Assembly: GCA_973895155.1 (NCBI GenBank)
Contig: OZ316896.1
Location: 3,696,738 to 3,760,737, forward strand
Origin: Marsupella aquatica
Taxonomy: Eukaryota > Plantae > Marchantiophyta
Reading direction: 5' to 3'
Length of the DNA stretch: 64,000 nucleotides
Shown here: positions 50,471 to 62,200 of the stretch, one piece after another
Numbering within the stretch: the first letter of the stretch is position 1
Layout of the letters: each line of letters starts with the position of its first letter
Translations under genes and position numbers: made by a program
The notes under the pieces: generated by a model
Seen by the model: only the letters and a program-made list of their open reading frames with translations
Databases searched by the model: none
What the model was told of the DNA's origin: nothing

Positions 50471-52030
50471 CTATCCAACAAGGCAATGTCCTTTAAACGA
50501 CAGCCGGCACTGGTTCGTCTGAGCCAACTCCTTTCTTACAACTGCAAATCTCTCTAGTACCCTTTCCAGACTGATCTCGTATGCATCCTTGCTAGCGCTC
50601 GTCGGATCATTCTCGTAGCCGTTGTAAATTAAATTAGGGATGATAGAGATGATGTTCTTCCGCATTTGAATGATTCGCTGTGGAGAGTACGACTTCAAAA
50701 CATCATGAATGGATACTCCATTTCGGAGGTCATTAACGGGAATGTAAACGGAGTAGCTCGCGGGATCCCGTGGAAGATGCCACAAATACTGAGTGTAAGC
50801 AGCATCTTCGTCGAAGAAAACGGGGATGGTCCCAGCAATGAGACAATCGAATGTTGATCTCCTCGTTGGGGTGTCACCTTTCGGCTGCAAGCAGAAATTG
50901 GTTGCCAAGAATGATTTGTAAATGGAGACGGGGTCATGGCTGCACCTCACGATAGAACAGTTCACCAAATTACAAACTGAGTCGCCGGCGTTTATACATG
51001 CATTTCCGATGAGTCCCCTCGCAGTCCGACTATCAGGTCTCGGAGCTCCTACGTAGGAGAACAGATACTTCCGGGTGGAATTCTCAACATTCTCGATCCA
51101 GGCCTTCAGCCTCTGAGGCGATTCCGGGTGAAATGACGTGGGATAGGGAATTGCCATCTCGTGCGGTATAGCCGAACGTCGCTCCAACAGTAAACTGGTC
51201 ATGTTCGAAGCGTAGGGAAGCTCACTAAACCCTGTCCCCCATTTAGCATAGGGGCTGAAATCCCAAGTCGTCCGTCCCTTCACTATTAAATGATCTCTTC
51301 CACCGAACCTGCTCCAGTATTCGCCGCCGTTCTCCTCCAGCCAATCCAGAAGCTCCTGGCCAAAGTTCTTCCTCTGCTCGAAGGTGGCTGAGTAATCAGT
51401 AGTATTGTACAAAAAATCCAACGCCAGGAGCCCCGTATAGAAAGGGACGAAGAAAGCGTCCGCCTGGGATGCGTCTTTGGTTAAGCACCGATACCTTTGA
51501 AGTCTAGTGTGAAAAATCATCTCTTGCATGTAAGAATCGGTATCATACCAATCATATTTGTCAAAATCATTCTGATTGCTCTCCGCAGGTGCAGAGACAT
51601 TGTCGCTCCATAGCTTCACTCCGTAGCCGCCGTTGGAAAACCGAGGACATAGATTAATCTTCGGTATGAGAGAATTGTAGCATCTGTTCTCGTTGTAGAC
51701 GACAATGTTGAAGTCAGGGGGAAGGTCGTATACGAAGATTCGTCTGCCTTTACAACTATCAAAACTCCCCCTCCGGAGAAATGCAGCATTACTCAAAGTT
51801 TCACTTTCACCTATGAACGGGTCTAAGGCTGAAATAGTGAGAATGATAAGTATTATCGAAGACACATATAGCAAGCACAATAGCCTCAGCGAAGTTCGTC
51901 GGTAAATCTTCTTCACTTTCCCCAACAGGTCCTCATTGGCGCACCCTAGAGACTTGCCTTGTACATTTTCCATGTTCACTAACAGGTCCTCGTTCTCGCG
52001 TCCTAGAGACTTGCCTTCTGCATTTCCCAT
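50471..52030 (-). CDS. GT47 exostosin-family glycosyltransferase, xyloglucan galactosyltransferase (MUR3/XLT2-like) clade
   Basis: Intronless 519-aa ORF; N-terminal TM anchor; motifs CKGRRIFVYDLPPDFN, WYDTD, AFFVPFYTGL, GGRDHLIVKGRTTWDF, AIPYPTSFHP, FCLQPKGDTPTRRSTFDCLIAGTIPVFF, AYTQYLWHLP. Confidence 0.93.
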   Translation of the reverse strand: MGNAEGKSLGRENEDLLVNMENVQGKSLGCANEDLLGKVKKIYRRTSLRLLCLLYVSSIILIILTISALDPFIGESETLSNAAFLRRGSFDSCKGRRIFVYDLPPDFNIVVYNENRCYNSLIPKINLCPRFSNGGYGVKLWSDNVSAPAESNQNDFDKYDWYDTDSYMQEMIFHTRLQRYRCLTKDASQADAFFVPFYTGLLALDFLYNTTDYSATFEQRKNFGQELLDWLEENGGEYWSRFGGRDHLIVKGRTTWDFSPYAKWGTGFSELPYASNMTSLLLERRSAIPHEMAIPYPTSFHPESPQRLKAWIENVENSTRKYLFSYVGAPRPDSRTARGLIGNACINAGDSVCNLVNCSIVRCSHDPVSIYKSFLATNFCLQPKGDTPTRRSTFDCLIAGTIPVFFDEDAAYTQYLWHLPRDPASYSVYIPVNDLRNGVSIHDVLKSYSPQRIIQMRKNIISIIPNLIYNGYENDPTSASKDAYEISLERVLERFAVVRKELAQTNQCRLSFKGHCLVG

Positions 52031-53439
52031 GTCGACCAGCAGATCACTAATTAACGTCTACTTTGTTCAGTATGCTTTCTTCAACGTAGCAAACGTGAAG
52101 GAAAACTGCCAAACTCACAACATGCCGACATAATCCGGGATCGACCCTAGATCCCAAGTTTTCAATTCAGTGTAATGAGTGACCTCCGCAGTCAGCAAAA
52201 CCACGACAAGGTGAAGAAAACATCTGTATACATCCCTCACTCTGAAACTGATTCCATACGATAAGTAATAGAATCACCTGGATATGATTCAGTTACTATA
52301 TGGGAGCACGCATCGAAAACGAAATAGCTACAGTGGCTTGATGGAAGACGTGGATTGATAATTAAGAAACCTTCCTCCTACATAGCATATCCATTCGGAG
52401 AAAATCTGTGAATCTTCCAAGGTCGACTGAATGGTGAACCACAAAAGTCAAATTTTCAATCGTGTGGGACTCGGGGACAAAGGAATTGTGAGACATTATC
52501 GAGCATTGTACGAGATTCTACATTGTTGGGCCGAATTTAAACTGGCTACTCAAGACCTGGCCCGTTCCGACAACTAATTGCCCGCCGGCTCTCCCAGTAT
52601 GATAATTTCCTAGACGCTCAGAGCAATGCGACTTATGAGAGCACCCAGTCACCCACATCTCCAACTCAGACCTAGTTCTTCCTCTGCTGCCTGCATGCAG
52701 CAGTGAGTTGCGGTGATCCATCCGTCCTCCCAGAGTACGACGTAGAAATTGAAGTATGTGTTGTGTACTAGTGGACTCCTCCCTCCGCCGTGGATTTCCC
52801 AGTTCCCATTCAATTCCGTCCAGCAGACAGCTCGTGTCTAGTGTCTACAAACGCTCAATACAGCGTACAAGTGGCGAACGGTCAAAGGCCCAGAGCAATA
52901 ACGACATGTCAAGAGATCATAAGCCACACGTCGGCGCAATCATCTCGTGGGACATTAATTGAGCCAAAAGGTACTCTGAAGAAGGAAGTTAATGCCCTCC
53001 CGTGTGATCCGCGTTCCCCCCAGCCCTTACTACCACAGTTCTGAACATCTGACACGTCCAATGAGGACAAAACCTTACTAACTGTCTCAGCCACTCAGAC
53101 CCTAGCAACCAATTCAACACCACGCCCCGATCCAGCCTGCTGTGCTCTTGTTCGTGTGCTAATTTCAGCATTCGACGAGCATCGATCTTTGATTCCATTC
53201 TTCCTGTCCATTTCTCTACCTTCACACCCGCCTTTGATTGATGCGCAGTTTGAGGTGTCGGCTAATAATTCGAGAAGACGATTTCGAAATCACATTAGCC
53301 GCTGGGGCATCAAACGAGTTATACATCGCAAAAGTTGAACTAAGGTTATCGCTTGAATGTCAGAACACTTATATTGATTCAATTTTTTGAATTCCTCCAC
53401 GACTTTGATAAGAGAACCCGGTAGGTGGAGCACATGAAT

Positions 53440-54235
53440 TTTCTTGCATCCAGGGGAAGACTTGTACATGGATGGGACTTGGGAAGCGTTGAAAGGCCAT
53501 CCTCGCATAGCCGGTTTCATTCCTCGTGACGTGGGAGGGATTTTACTTCAGGCTAGGCCGGCCGATTGACAAATAGTAAGCCAGAGAAGGCAGCCACAGG
53601 AACTTGTTTTCAGCTACAACGCACAATATGGCTCGTAGTCTGTTTAGCGTTGGACTACTGGCCAACAATAAGACCCAGAAAAATCGAGATCGGCGATGTG
53701 GGGAGGAGGTTCGAGAGCTCATACTGGCAATGAGGTCAGTGCATAGCAGGCAAGAGATGTGGACAAAAGCAACAACAGCCGACAAGAGATGTGGATACTA
53801 GGAGTGGCCCTAGCGAAATGGAGATCGAGCTTGGCAAAGACCCCAAGGTGCATGAAAAACGACGTGAATAAATCGGGCCGCAATTTCTAGTTCGGAAGGG
53901 GACAGTGTCCTTTTGGCCGCAGTCACATGTTCAGTAAAGGTTGGGCATCCGGGCACGGCAGAATGTGGGTCCCATGGAATTGCAATTACTGCACTTCTGC
54001 ACTTCCAGGGACTCGTCGCTCTGAAAGTCTGAATGCGCTGTTAAACTCGTGGACAAAGCAGCCATCATTAGACTGCTGTTTGCCACTTTGCCTGGAAAGA
54101 TTGCAGCAAGCAGATTTCAGGGAATTTACTGCAACTCTGAATAGCAACGTGGGAGGGCCTCAGGAGATTAGAAATTTAAATTTTTTCTGGCCCCACGAAC
54201 TTTTCTTTGACGGCCCTGCTTTGGCCACCACTTGA
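53440..54235 (+). mobile_element. Degenerate Mutator/FAR1-like transposase remnant
   Basis: Fragments in changing frames: LYMDGTW (first catalytic D-like), FSATTHNMARSLFSVGLLANNKT (cf. FVGVNHHGQ.ILFGCALL.DET), WVP...TRRSESLNALL (cf. TQRSESMN); stops and frameshifts present. Confidence 0.5.
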
Positions 54236-54399
54236 AAGAGAAGCAGGTACGACAGTAGTTTCGACTAATGAGTTTTATTAGACTCCCGCACTGACCTACG
54301 TACCTTATTACCTTCCAGCTCGGCGAACCCAGATGTTCATCAATGACGGAACGATGTCAGGCAAAATAGAAGAGAATCTTCTATTGTGCTTTCCCGGTC

Positions 54400-54845
54400 T
54401 TTCAGCTACTGCTATGAACGTCTTCAAAAAGATATCCAACGACATTAAAGTTTGTATAGCCTCATCCGCAGCACTAGGGAAGGAACACCGGACTTGGAAT
54501 GATGTCTGACAAAAAATTGCCTTCACGTGGGTCTTCGAACGTCGATCCTATGTGGAATATCCATTGTCATGGTTGAAGCATAGGGACGGTCACTGAACCC
54601 AGACCCCCATGAAAGTTAGACCTTGAAATCCAAAGTGTCCGTCTCTTCACTACGAAATGATCTCTTCCCCCAAATCTGCTCAAGTATTCGGCCCCGTTCT
54701 CAGCCAGCCAATCCAGAAGTTCGCCAAATTTCTTTGTTCTCTCGATCGTGAGTGCAGGATCAGAGGGATTATACAAATGATCCAGTGCCAGGAGCTCTGA
54801 ATAGAACGGGACGAAGAAAGCGTCCGCTTGGGATGCGTCCTTGGT
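54400..54845 (-). pseudogene. Truncated, frameshifted paralogue of the GT47 gene
   Basis: TKDASQADAFFVPFYSELLALDHLYN...GELLDWLAENGAEYLSRFGGRDHFVVKRRTLW matches 51240-51480 at DNA level, then a frameshift; weak C-terminal remnant at ~54400-54520; 5' part absent. Confidence 0.85.
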
Positions 54846-56236
54846 CGAACAGCCCAGTCCGCAGTTGACTGGGCTATGGCTGTGTGATCAACTGCTTGTG
54901 GGCAATAGCTGAAGCCCCGGGCTGAAGCCCTTCACGAGAGTTGCTGACCGAAGAGAATTCGTGGCTTAACTTTCTCCTTCATGCATTTCGCGGTAACAAT
55001 CAACCATAACCAGGAACTCACGTCTTAACAACTCTCCTAAGTAACACTTCTGTGAGAAATAGTATTACAATTAAACAAATTTCCGGCCCAGTGTCGTAAA
55101 ACCTGCCTTATACAAATCCAATTGGAGCCAATCAATGAAGAGATTGACTAAACACCAATGGATGATCCGTGCAAACTGGGCTCAACATCGAGAGAGGTTC
55201 AAAATCGATGGACCACCTTCACGCTGATCTGTAGCAAGGTAGTTTATGGTGTCGTCTTCTAGCAATTCCGTTGCTAGCACCACCATTCGCTAGATCTTAA
55301 GATTACCACATAAATTCTATCCGCAGCACGGGCAGTGTGGGTCTGGTCTAATAGTGTAGACCACTGTTTTCCACACCCTTGTCAATGGAGGACATAATAA
55401 TCTCCTTCCTTATGACACAAATCGGTCAAATGGAACCTAAAGAAAATTGCTGTTACAGACATGTCTACCTAGAGCTTTACAAAGTGGGCTTGACAACTTC
55501 CTCAGAAGTTTAGCTACAAGAACTCGGATACAGTTGTTCATTCACCAATCTGGAAAGTATGCACTGCAGGAATGATTAACTCTGAAGGCTGGATGATCCC
55601 CCTGTGTCTTCGCCCCCAATGCACAAATCTGTTTGGAAGGAAACCAGGTGAATCCTGCAAGAACAGACACACATCAAGTGTCATTCGCCGACATGAAAAA
55701 TTGCTGTCTTCCTGATCTATTCCCGGAGGTTCATTCACCAAAGTTTAAAAAACGTCGTGAGTCATTGGCAGGATAAAGTCACCAACCTTGGAGAGTACAA
55801 AAAGCTCTGGCAGAGTCCCGAGTGGATGATGACGATCAGATCAATGCGACCCAGCCCTGGCAACGAACACAAAGCCAGCACACTTATCACAAAGCGTGTC
55901 GTACGAGTTGGACATAAGGAGCATTCTTTTTTTTTTCACTCTGGATAACTTGAATACATTCTAGAGCTTTTGCCGATCTCAGATTGCATGAACATAGATC
56001 ATTCATAACCCAATGTACACTAAGTTCAAGGAAAAACATAGAGCCTTAGAGACAAGACACAATTTCCTGAAATACACGTGATTGGAGTCAGGCTAATCAA
56101 AGAGATACTCGCCAGTTTCCTCAAAATCTTACCTAGCTCCCTGCGAAAGCAACTCTTCAGCTCAAGGATGGCCTGAAGGCCGTGTGTTCTGTTGAGAAGA
56201 ACACTCTTCGATCAGCGGTCGTTTTCAGCGCACACT

Positions 56237-59200
56237 TTATGTTTGCACAGCAACAAGGTCGGGCCTTTTATCACGGTTTCCAATTGAAACACCTGACCGA
56301 TGACTTACATTCACATGAATGCGCCCAGCTTCCAAGCGGATGTTAGTCCGTTGACATTTACTGGTTCTGTCCTTCTGTTTGTCATCCGCTTGATCTTGGC
56401 TAATCGTAAACCGGCCCAATCCTTTAATTGCCCCCTCCTGTACGCAAGCAGTCCTCTCACTAATGAATTCCTGGCCGGCACCTTTATCAGACGGGCCCCC
56501 ATCTTGATGCACCATGATTGCTTGTGTGTTGTGGTCTTTGCCCGTGATCCTTTCTCTTGCAGGACTACTGCTGGATTCTACTGCGGGATACTCCTCCTGT
56601 ATGTCAACTTCACCTCTGGGTGTCACTTTCCTCATCTCAGAAGCCATAGTACTTCGCGCAAAATCGCCGGGTCGTGACTTTTGGGGGGGTCCTCTTTTCA
56701 CAGATGTCCTGGGTGCTTGAAGTCTCCTGTTGTTGAGAGGCGACCTAGTTCTTGGTGGGGATGGACTATGCTCATCGGGGTTAGTCTTTGTTGGAGAATG
56801 ATCACGACCACAGCTTGGGGTCGGCCTGGTGTTATTAGGATGAACAATAGGAGGGCTGGGTTGGCGGGTGGACGCTAACATGCGGAAAACCTTCACGAGT
56901 TCTGTACCAAGTGCGCTACATTTGTTCTCCGCAGTGGCAGCTCCGTCAAGAGCTTGTTGCACATTAGATGTGCACTCTTCAACCTTGGAATCAAGTAACC
57001 TGTGTGGCAGAGGCAAGGGATGATATCTTTCGATTAGGTGTTTAGGTACAGAGTATTGAGTATTGTTTAAGTTTTTGGTAGGATGCCAGAGGCAAAATTG
57101 TTATGTACATTTGACGGACTAGCCAGGCCCATTGGAATTCATAAGATGAGATCGATCATCATTCCCATGAAGATGAAACGCAGAGGGCACCAGTCATGTG
57201 ACCGACCCACCCGCAAGTTCAGTGACAAGAACAGTAGTAACATGCAGTTTCAAAGGTTTTCATCATGGCACTTTAAGCTTCACTCAGATCTTACAAGACA
57301 TGATATTGTGCAATGAAATAAAGAATGGACATCGAAGTACCGCAGATTTGTGAAAGTCGCAGACGCAACCAGTTCAATGCGGCTTTCAAGACCGTTCAGT
57401 TTGTTACTTAAATCGAAATTAGGCTCCTGGTCTTGGTCATGTTGCCTCGGAGTCGTCAACATTTCCACCTTTCTGCACAATTGAACAGCCATGACAATGC
57501 GGTCATGTACAATTGAATGGAATGGTGGCTCGCACCCTCCGGAAAGCTGGGATCAAGCTTGGAAATGTTGTTGTCCGTCTTGCAGTTGTATAAGTTTAGT
57601 ACTTGTTTTTTATGGCATCATCACTAGCACTCTAAACTGGTATCATCCAGCCGATTTGCCTCATTCAGTAGTATATCTGAAACCAACGTCAATGCAAAAT
57701 TGTGTCGTGCAGATTGAGTCATACAACTCTTCTTCCACACATTTGAGCTGCTTAGAAATGATGGAAGGAGCGAACCTTTCGAGATTGTCAACAGTCTGGG
57801 TCAAGCCAATCACGTGTTGTGGGAGGCTCCCTCCTGCAGTGGGCTTCTTCTCCGTGTATTCCAGATTGAGAGAGACTTCTTGGTATTCCGGTCCTATAGC
57901 TGCTTCCAGCTGGGTCACTCTAGTCTCAAGAAGTGACATAGCTTGACGTTGTGCTTGATCTTCAGTTTCAACTCTCTGAAATAGATCTTTGAATTCAATC
58001 TCTGATGTAACTGTATCCTTAAGGGACTGGACCTTAGATTCTGCTACATGGGCCATTTGTTGCATCAGTCCTTCATCAGCACTGATTCCCTTACATCTCT
58101 CCTCCAGATTTTCCACCTTAGAACTTATTTCGTTCACTACTCTTGCTGCATTCTCGTACTTCGGCAGCCAGAGGGCTGCTGTTTTCTCTAGGTCACTGGT
58201 GGTCGCCTTGACCTCTTGGAATGACTGCGCCAAGTCCAAGTGCAGTAAGTCAAGCTTGTTGAGACGCTTCCCTGATTCATTGACGATATCTCTCAAATTT
58301 TCTTCTCTGTCAATTACCTCATCAATCCTCTGTTTCAAAGAGATTAATTCTACTCTCTGATCCTGCTCTTTGCGTAACCTCTCTTCTTGTTTAAAAGTTC
58401 TCCTTCTTTGTTTCTCCTCTTCATTTATCTCGGTTGTCTCTTGGATTTGCTTCACAGCCGTTTTAAGATTTCCCAAAACTTCTTGGGTTTTGGCAAAGTG
58501 GGCATGATCAATCATTGCATGACCAGTAGATTGCTCCATACTGATAGATGCCCGTCGCTTGTCTTCCTCCAACCTGCATAGGAAGTGACAGGCTCCGGTT
58601 GAGTTGAGAACCCGGCGGAACTGTTGAGACATTGAACACGCGTCTTGCAATAATACGACATTAAATCTCCATGGCAAGAAGAGCGCAGGCAGTTTGGCAA
58701 CAACCTACCAAATTTAGTAATAATATGTGGGTGAGATAGTCTTTCTCGCAACGTAACTTCTCGTTTTTAAACTGAAGTTCCTGGCAGGATCAACTTTGCA
58801 CTTACTTGGAAGCAGGAGTTAAAGAACTCTTCTGATTATAATCAGAACAAACGATCATCAAATTCCAATGTGCTGGAAACCATGCTTACCCTTCAGTGAT
58901 TGCTTTTGCTTTGGCTACCTCCTGGTTCATGGCTCTCTTCCAAGTTGTTATAGCTCTCTCCAGCTCCTGGTTGAATTTCTCCTGTGATTCTTGACTTCTC
59001 CGAATGACATCTTCCCGATCCCTTTCTAAGCTTTCCCTCTCCTCATCCAGACTTTCTTGTAACTGGTAGCTCTTCCTTCTTGCTTTCGACATTTCTTGAT
59101 TGAATGAACCCAACACTTCAGCTAGCACGTCTCCGGCCTTCACAGCAGAGGTTGATGCCTCTGAGGCTGCCGTGGCAGCTAAGTCCCTCTCCTTATGTAC

Positions 59201-62200
59201 CAGAGAGATAGCAGTTTTCAGGCGAGTCTTCTCTTGTTCCATGAACTCCTGGAATTCCAAGCGCAACGTCTTGGCTTCCCCAAAGGCCTGAGAGGCTGCT
59301 TCTCTATCAAGGGAAATTGTGTCCTGCAGTGCAAGGCTTTTTCGTCTTGTTGTTGCTATCTCCTGAGAAAGAGGTCCCAGCAGGTCACCAAGAACCTCCC
59401 CTGCTTTTTCTACGGCAGCACTGGCTTCAGCTGCTGCTTGAGCAGCAAGGTCCCTCTCTTTCTCCACCATAGCCAACGCATGAGCTACTGCTTCAGCACC
59501 TTGTTGAGCCTCTTGCATGTCCATCCTCAATCTATCCATGTCCTTCTTCATTGGATCAGCGACAGACGAGACTTTGTCCTTAGTAGCCTGCGAAAACATG
59601 AAATCATCGTGACACAGATCTTATCCATATACGTTACTACCAATCACACAACAAGTTTTGATTTATATAAATAAGATAGCTCACCACAATGCGGTAAGGC
59701 GACTGCAGGGGAGCAGCAAAACTTGAGAGCGTAAGCATGTACTAAAGGGTTGATTCGAAAAGTTTTGTAAGTACTGCTACACCCACCCTGAGCGATTTGT
59801 TCATGTTTTAACTTCCAGTACCACAGAGATTCAACCATTTTGCTAGATTGATTAAGAATCTCACTTGAATGCGCTTCTGGATTTCGATCTTCATCATGCA
59901 AGTGAGATCATTTTTGTTACTGTTGACGACATCCATCATCTGCCTTCGGGTACAATCGTGCTCCCTTTCGATGGACTCTCTGAGAAGACCTCGTTCTGTC
60001 TCCAGCATGTCTCGTATCTCCGACCGGAAGAGATCCATTTCATTCAGAAGTCTCTGCTTTTGAATTCCATTGTGGTCATCTTCAGACCCATTTTCTAGCT
60101 GCCTTTTGTACTCTCCCAACATATTCTCCAGCTCATCCATTCGATCACGGCAACTGAACTTGACATTGTACACATCCGTCCTGACTTCTTCTAACCCGCC
60201 CAAATAAAGTTGTGAAAGGCTTTCCACTCTCTCCATGATCAGCAGCCGCTCTCTTACGCCCTCCATCTGAACGGCACCTCGATCCCTCTCCATCTCTTCT
60301 GCGCTTTCCTGCATTTTCTCCACCAATTTCCTAATGTTCTCCATTTCCAATTTGACCACCTTCTCTGCTTTCTTTAAGCCGTTTACTTCCATCTTCATGT
60401 CCAACCCTTCGTCCTTAATCTTCTCCAGTGCATGCCTTACTTCCGCCCTCTCCGTTCTCTCCGCCTCCGTGTCTTTCCTCCAATCAGTCCTCTCATCTGC
60501 ACCGTGGACTTCTCGTTTTAGGGACCTCAATTCTCTATTAGTGTTCTCCCTTGATTCTTCTGACGTTTGAGTCAGTTTGTCCATATGATTCCGCATCTCG
60601 TCCCGTCCCTTCGTCAGGTTCTCCACCTCGGCCCAAAGAGACCGAATTTCCTTCTTCAGATCCCCCATGACCGTGTTGCTCCCAGACAAGTGGCTCTCAA
60701 TCCTACTTTGCACCAAAGTCTCAACCTGATCCTTCTCTTCCTTCCTGATTCGTTCCACGTCTGCTGCAAGCTCACTCATCCGAGCCTTGACTTCATTCCT
60801 GATGCTCTTCTTCAACTCCATAAGCTCATCATCGGTCTCATCCTTTAACGTCTCAATTTCTTTTTCCAGTCCCTCCACTCTACCTCGCCACCCTTCACTC
60901 TCCACCTCGATCCTGATTTTGAACCCTTCCACTGACCCTTTCAGCTCACCAACCAGTCTTTGAATGCTTGCCATGCTCCCATCAAACATATCGCTCTGCT
61001 TCGCCTCCCCGCGCTTCTGTGCGACATACGACACCAAATCATGTCCTCCTCCGCCTGCACTACCTCTGGTTGTGATATACTTCTTGCTCTTGTGATGTTG
61101 GCTGCTGCTCCTCTTCTTGCCTTCCCCCCAACCCTCAGAGGAGTCCTGACTGCGGTGAAGGTGGCTCTGCACCAGAGCACAACCTCCCAATACGGCATCT
61201 AATCTTTGGTCCGAGTCATTCCGACTCCCCTTGGCAAGATGCCCCAGACGTTGCTGGATCCTGGCACTGAGAACGGCATGAGAGCCTGGGGGTGATTTGG
61301 GTAGGAGAATGGCAGCTTCGGGAGCTCCCTGGTTACCATCAGATCCTCCTCCGGAGTCGGCACTGTCCAAAGTTTTGCTGCTATCAGGTTCATGATGGTG
61401 ATGGAGTTTTCCAGGAGGTGAAGCACGAGAGAACGTAGACGGTGGCGGCGGCTGCTGCTTGGAAGCAACGTATGTGGCGTTGGTATTGCCAGGGTAAAAT
61501 CCTCGGGCTGGAGATGTGGGGAATTTTGACTCAGGAGCCAAGTGCTTTAGTTTCTGGATGTAATGGGATAGAGGGAGGGAAGACAGGGACGAGGAGGAGC
61601 TGGAGGAGGAAGAGGAGCTCGAAGCGGAGGAGACTGAAAAGGGTGAGATGGGTACTGCGGAATCGTTCTTTGTTTTGTTCTTGTTGTTCTTGGACTGGCC
61701 TCCTCCTCTATCCTGCCCTCCTCCCCTCCTACGTACGTGCTGGTGCCTTTTATTATTACCTTGGTCTTCATCATCCTCTACATCACTTCCACTCACAATT
61801 TCAAAATCTTTAGCTGCCCTGCTCTCGTTTGCTCTAGATTCAACTTCCCTTGAACCTCGTTTTTTCGATCGAACGCTATCTCTGTGAATGAGGCCTGATG
61901 ATGCTCCCGGATCGTGGAATCGTGGAGGTGTGGAAAGTTCTTTTATCCTCATGTCCTTGAAAGCCTTCATCTTCTCTCGGAACCTCTCACAATCTTCCCT
62001 CACGCCTCGGAAGCTATCCTCTTGACCTCCTCCTGAATTATTGTCAGTTGAGCCATCTTTGGAGTGAGGTGCAGTGTAAAGCTTAAGATTATCAGCATCC
62101 TCACTGTAGGACAGCACCTTGCCCTGACCCATATTGAACTCGGAGGACTTCCCATTTTTCCTGCGGGAGGTTTTCACTGGACTTATCCTGCCACTACGAT

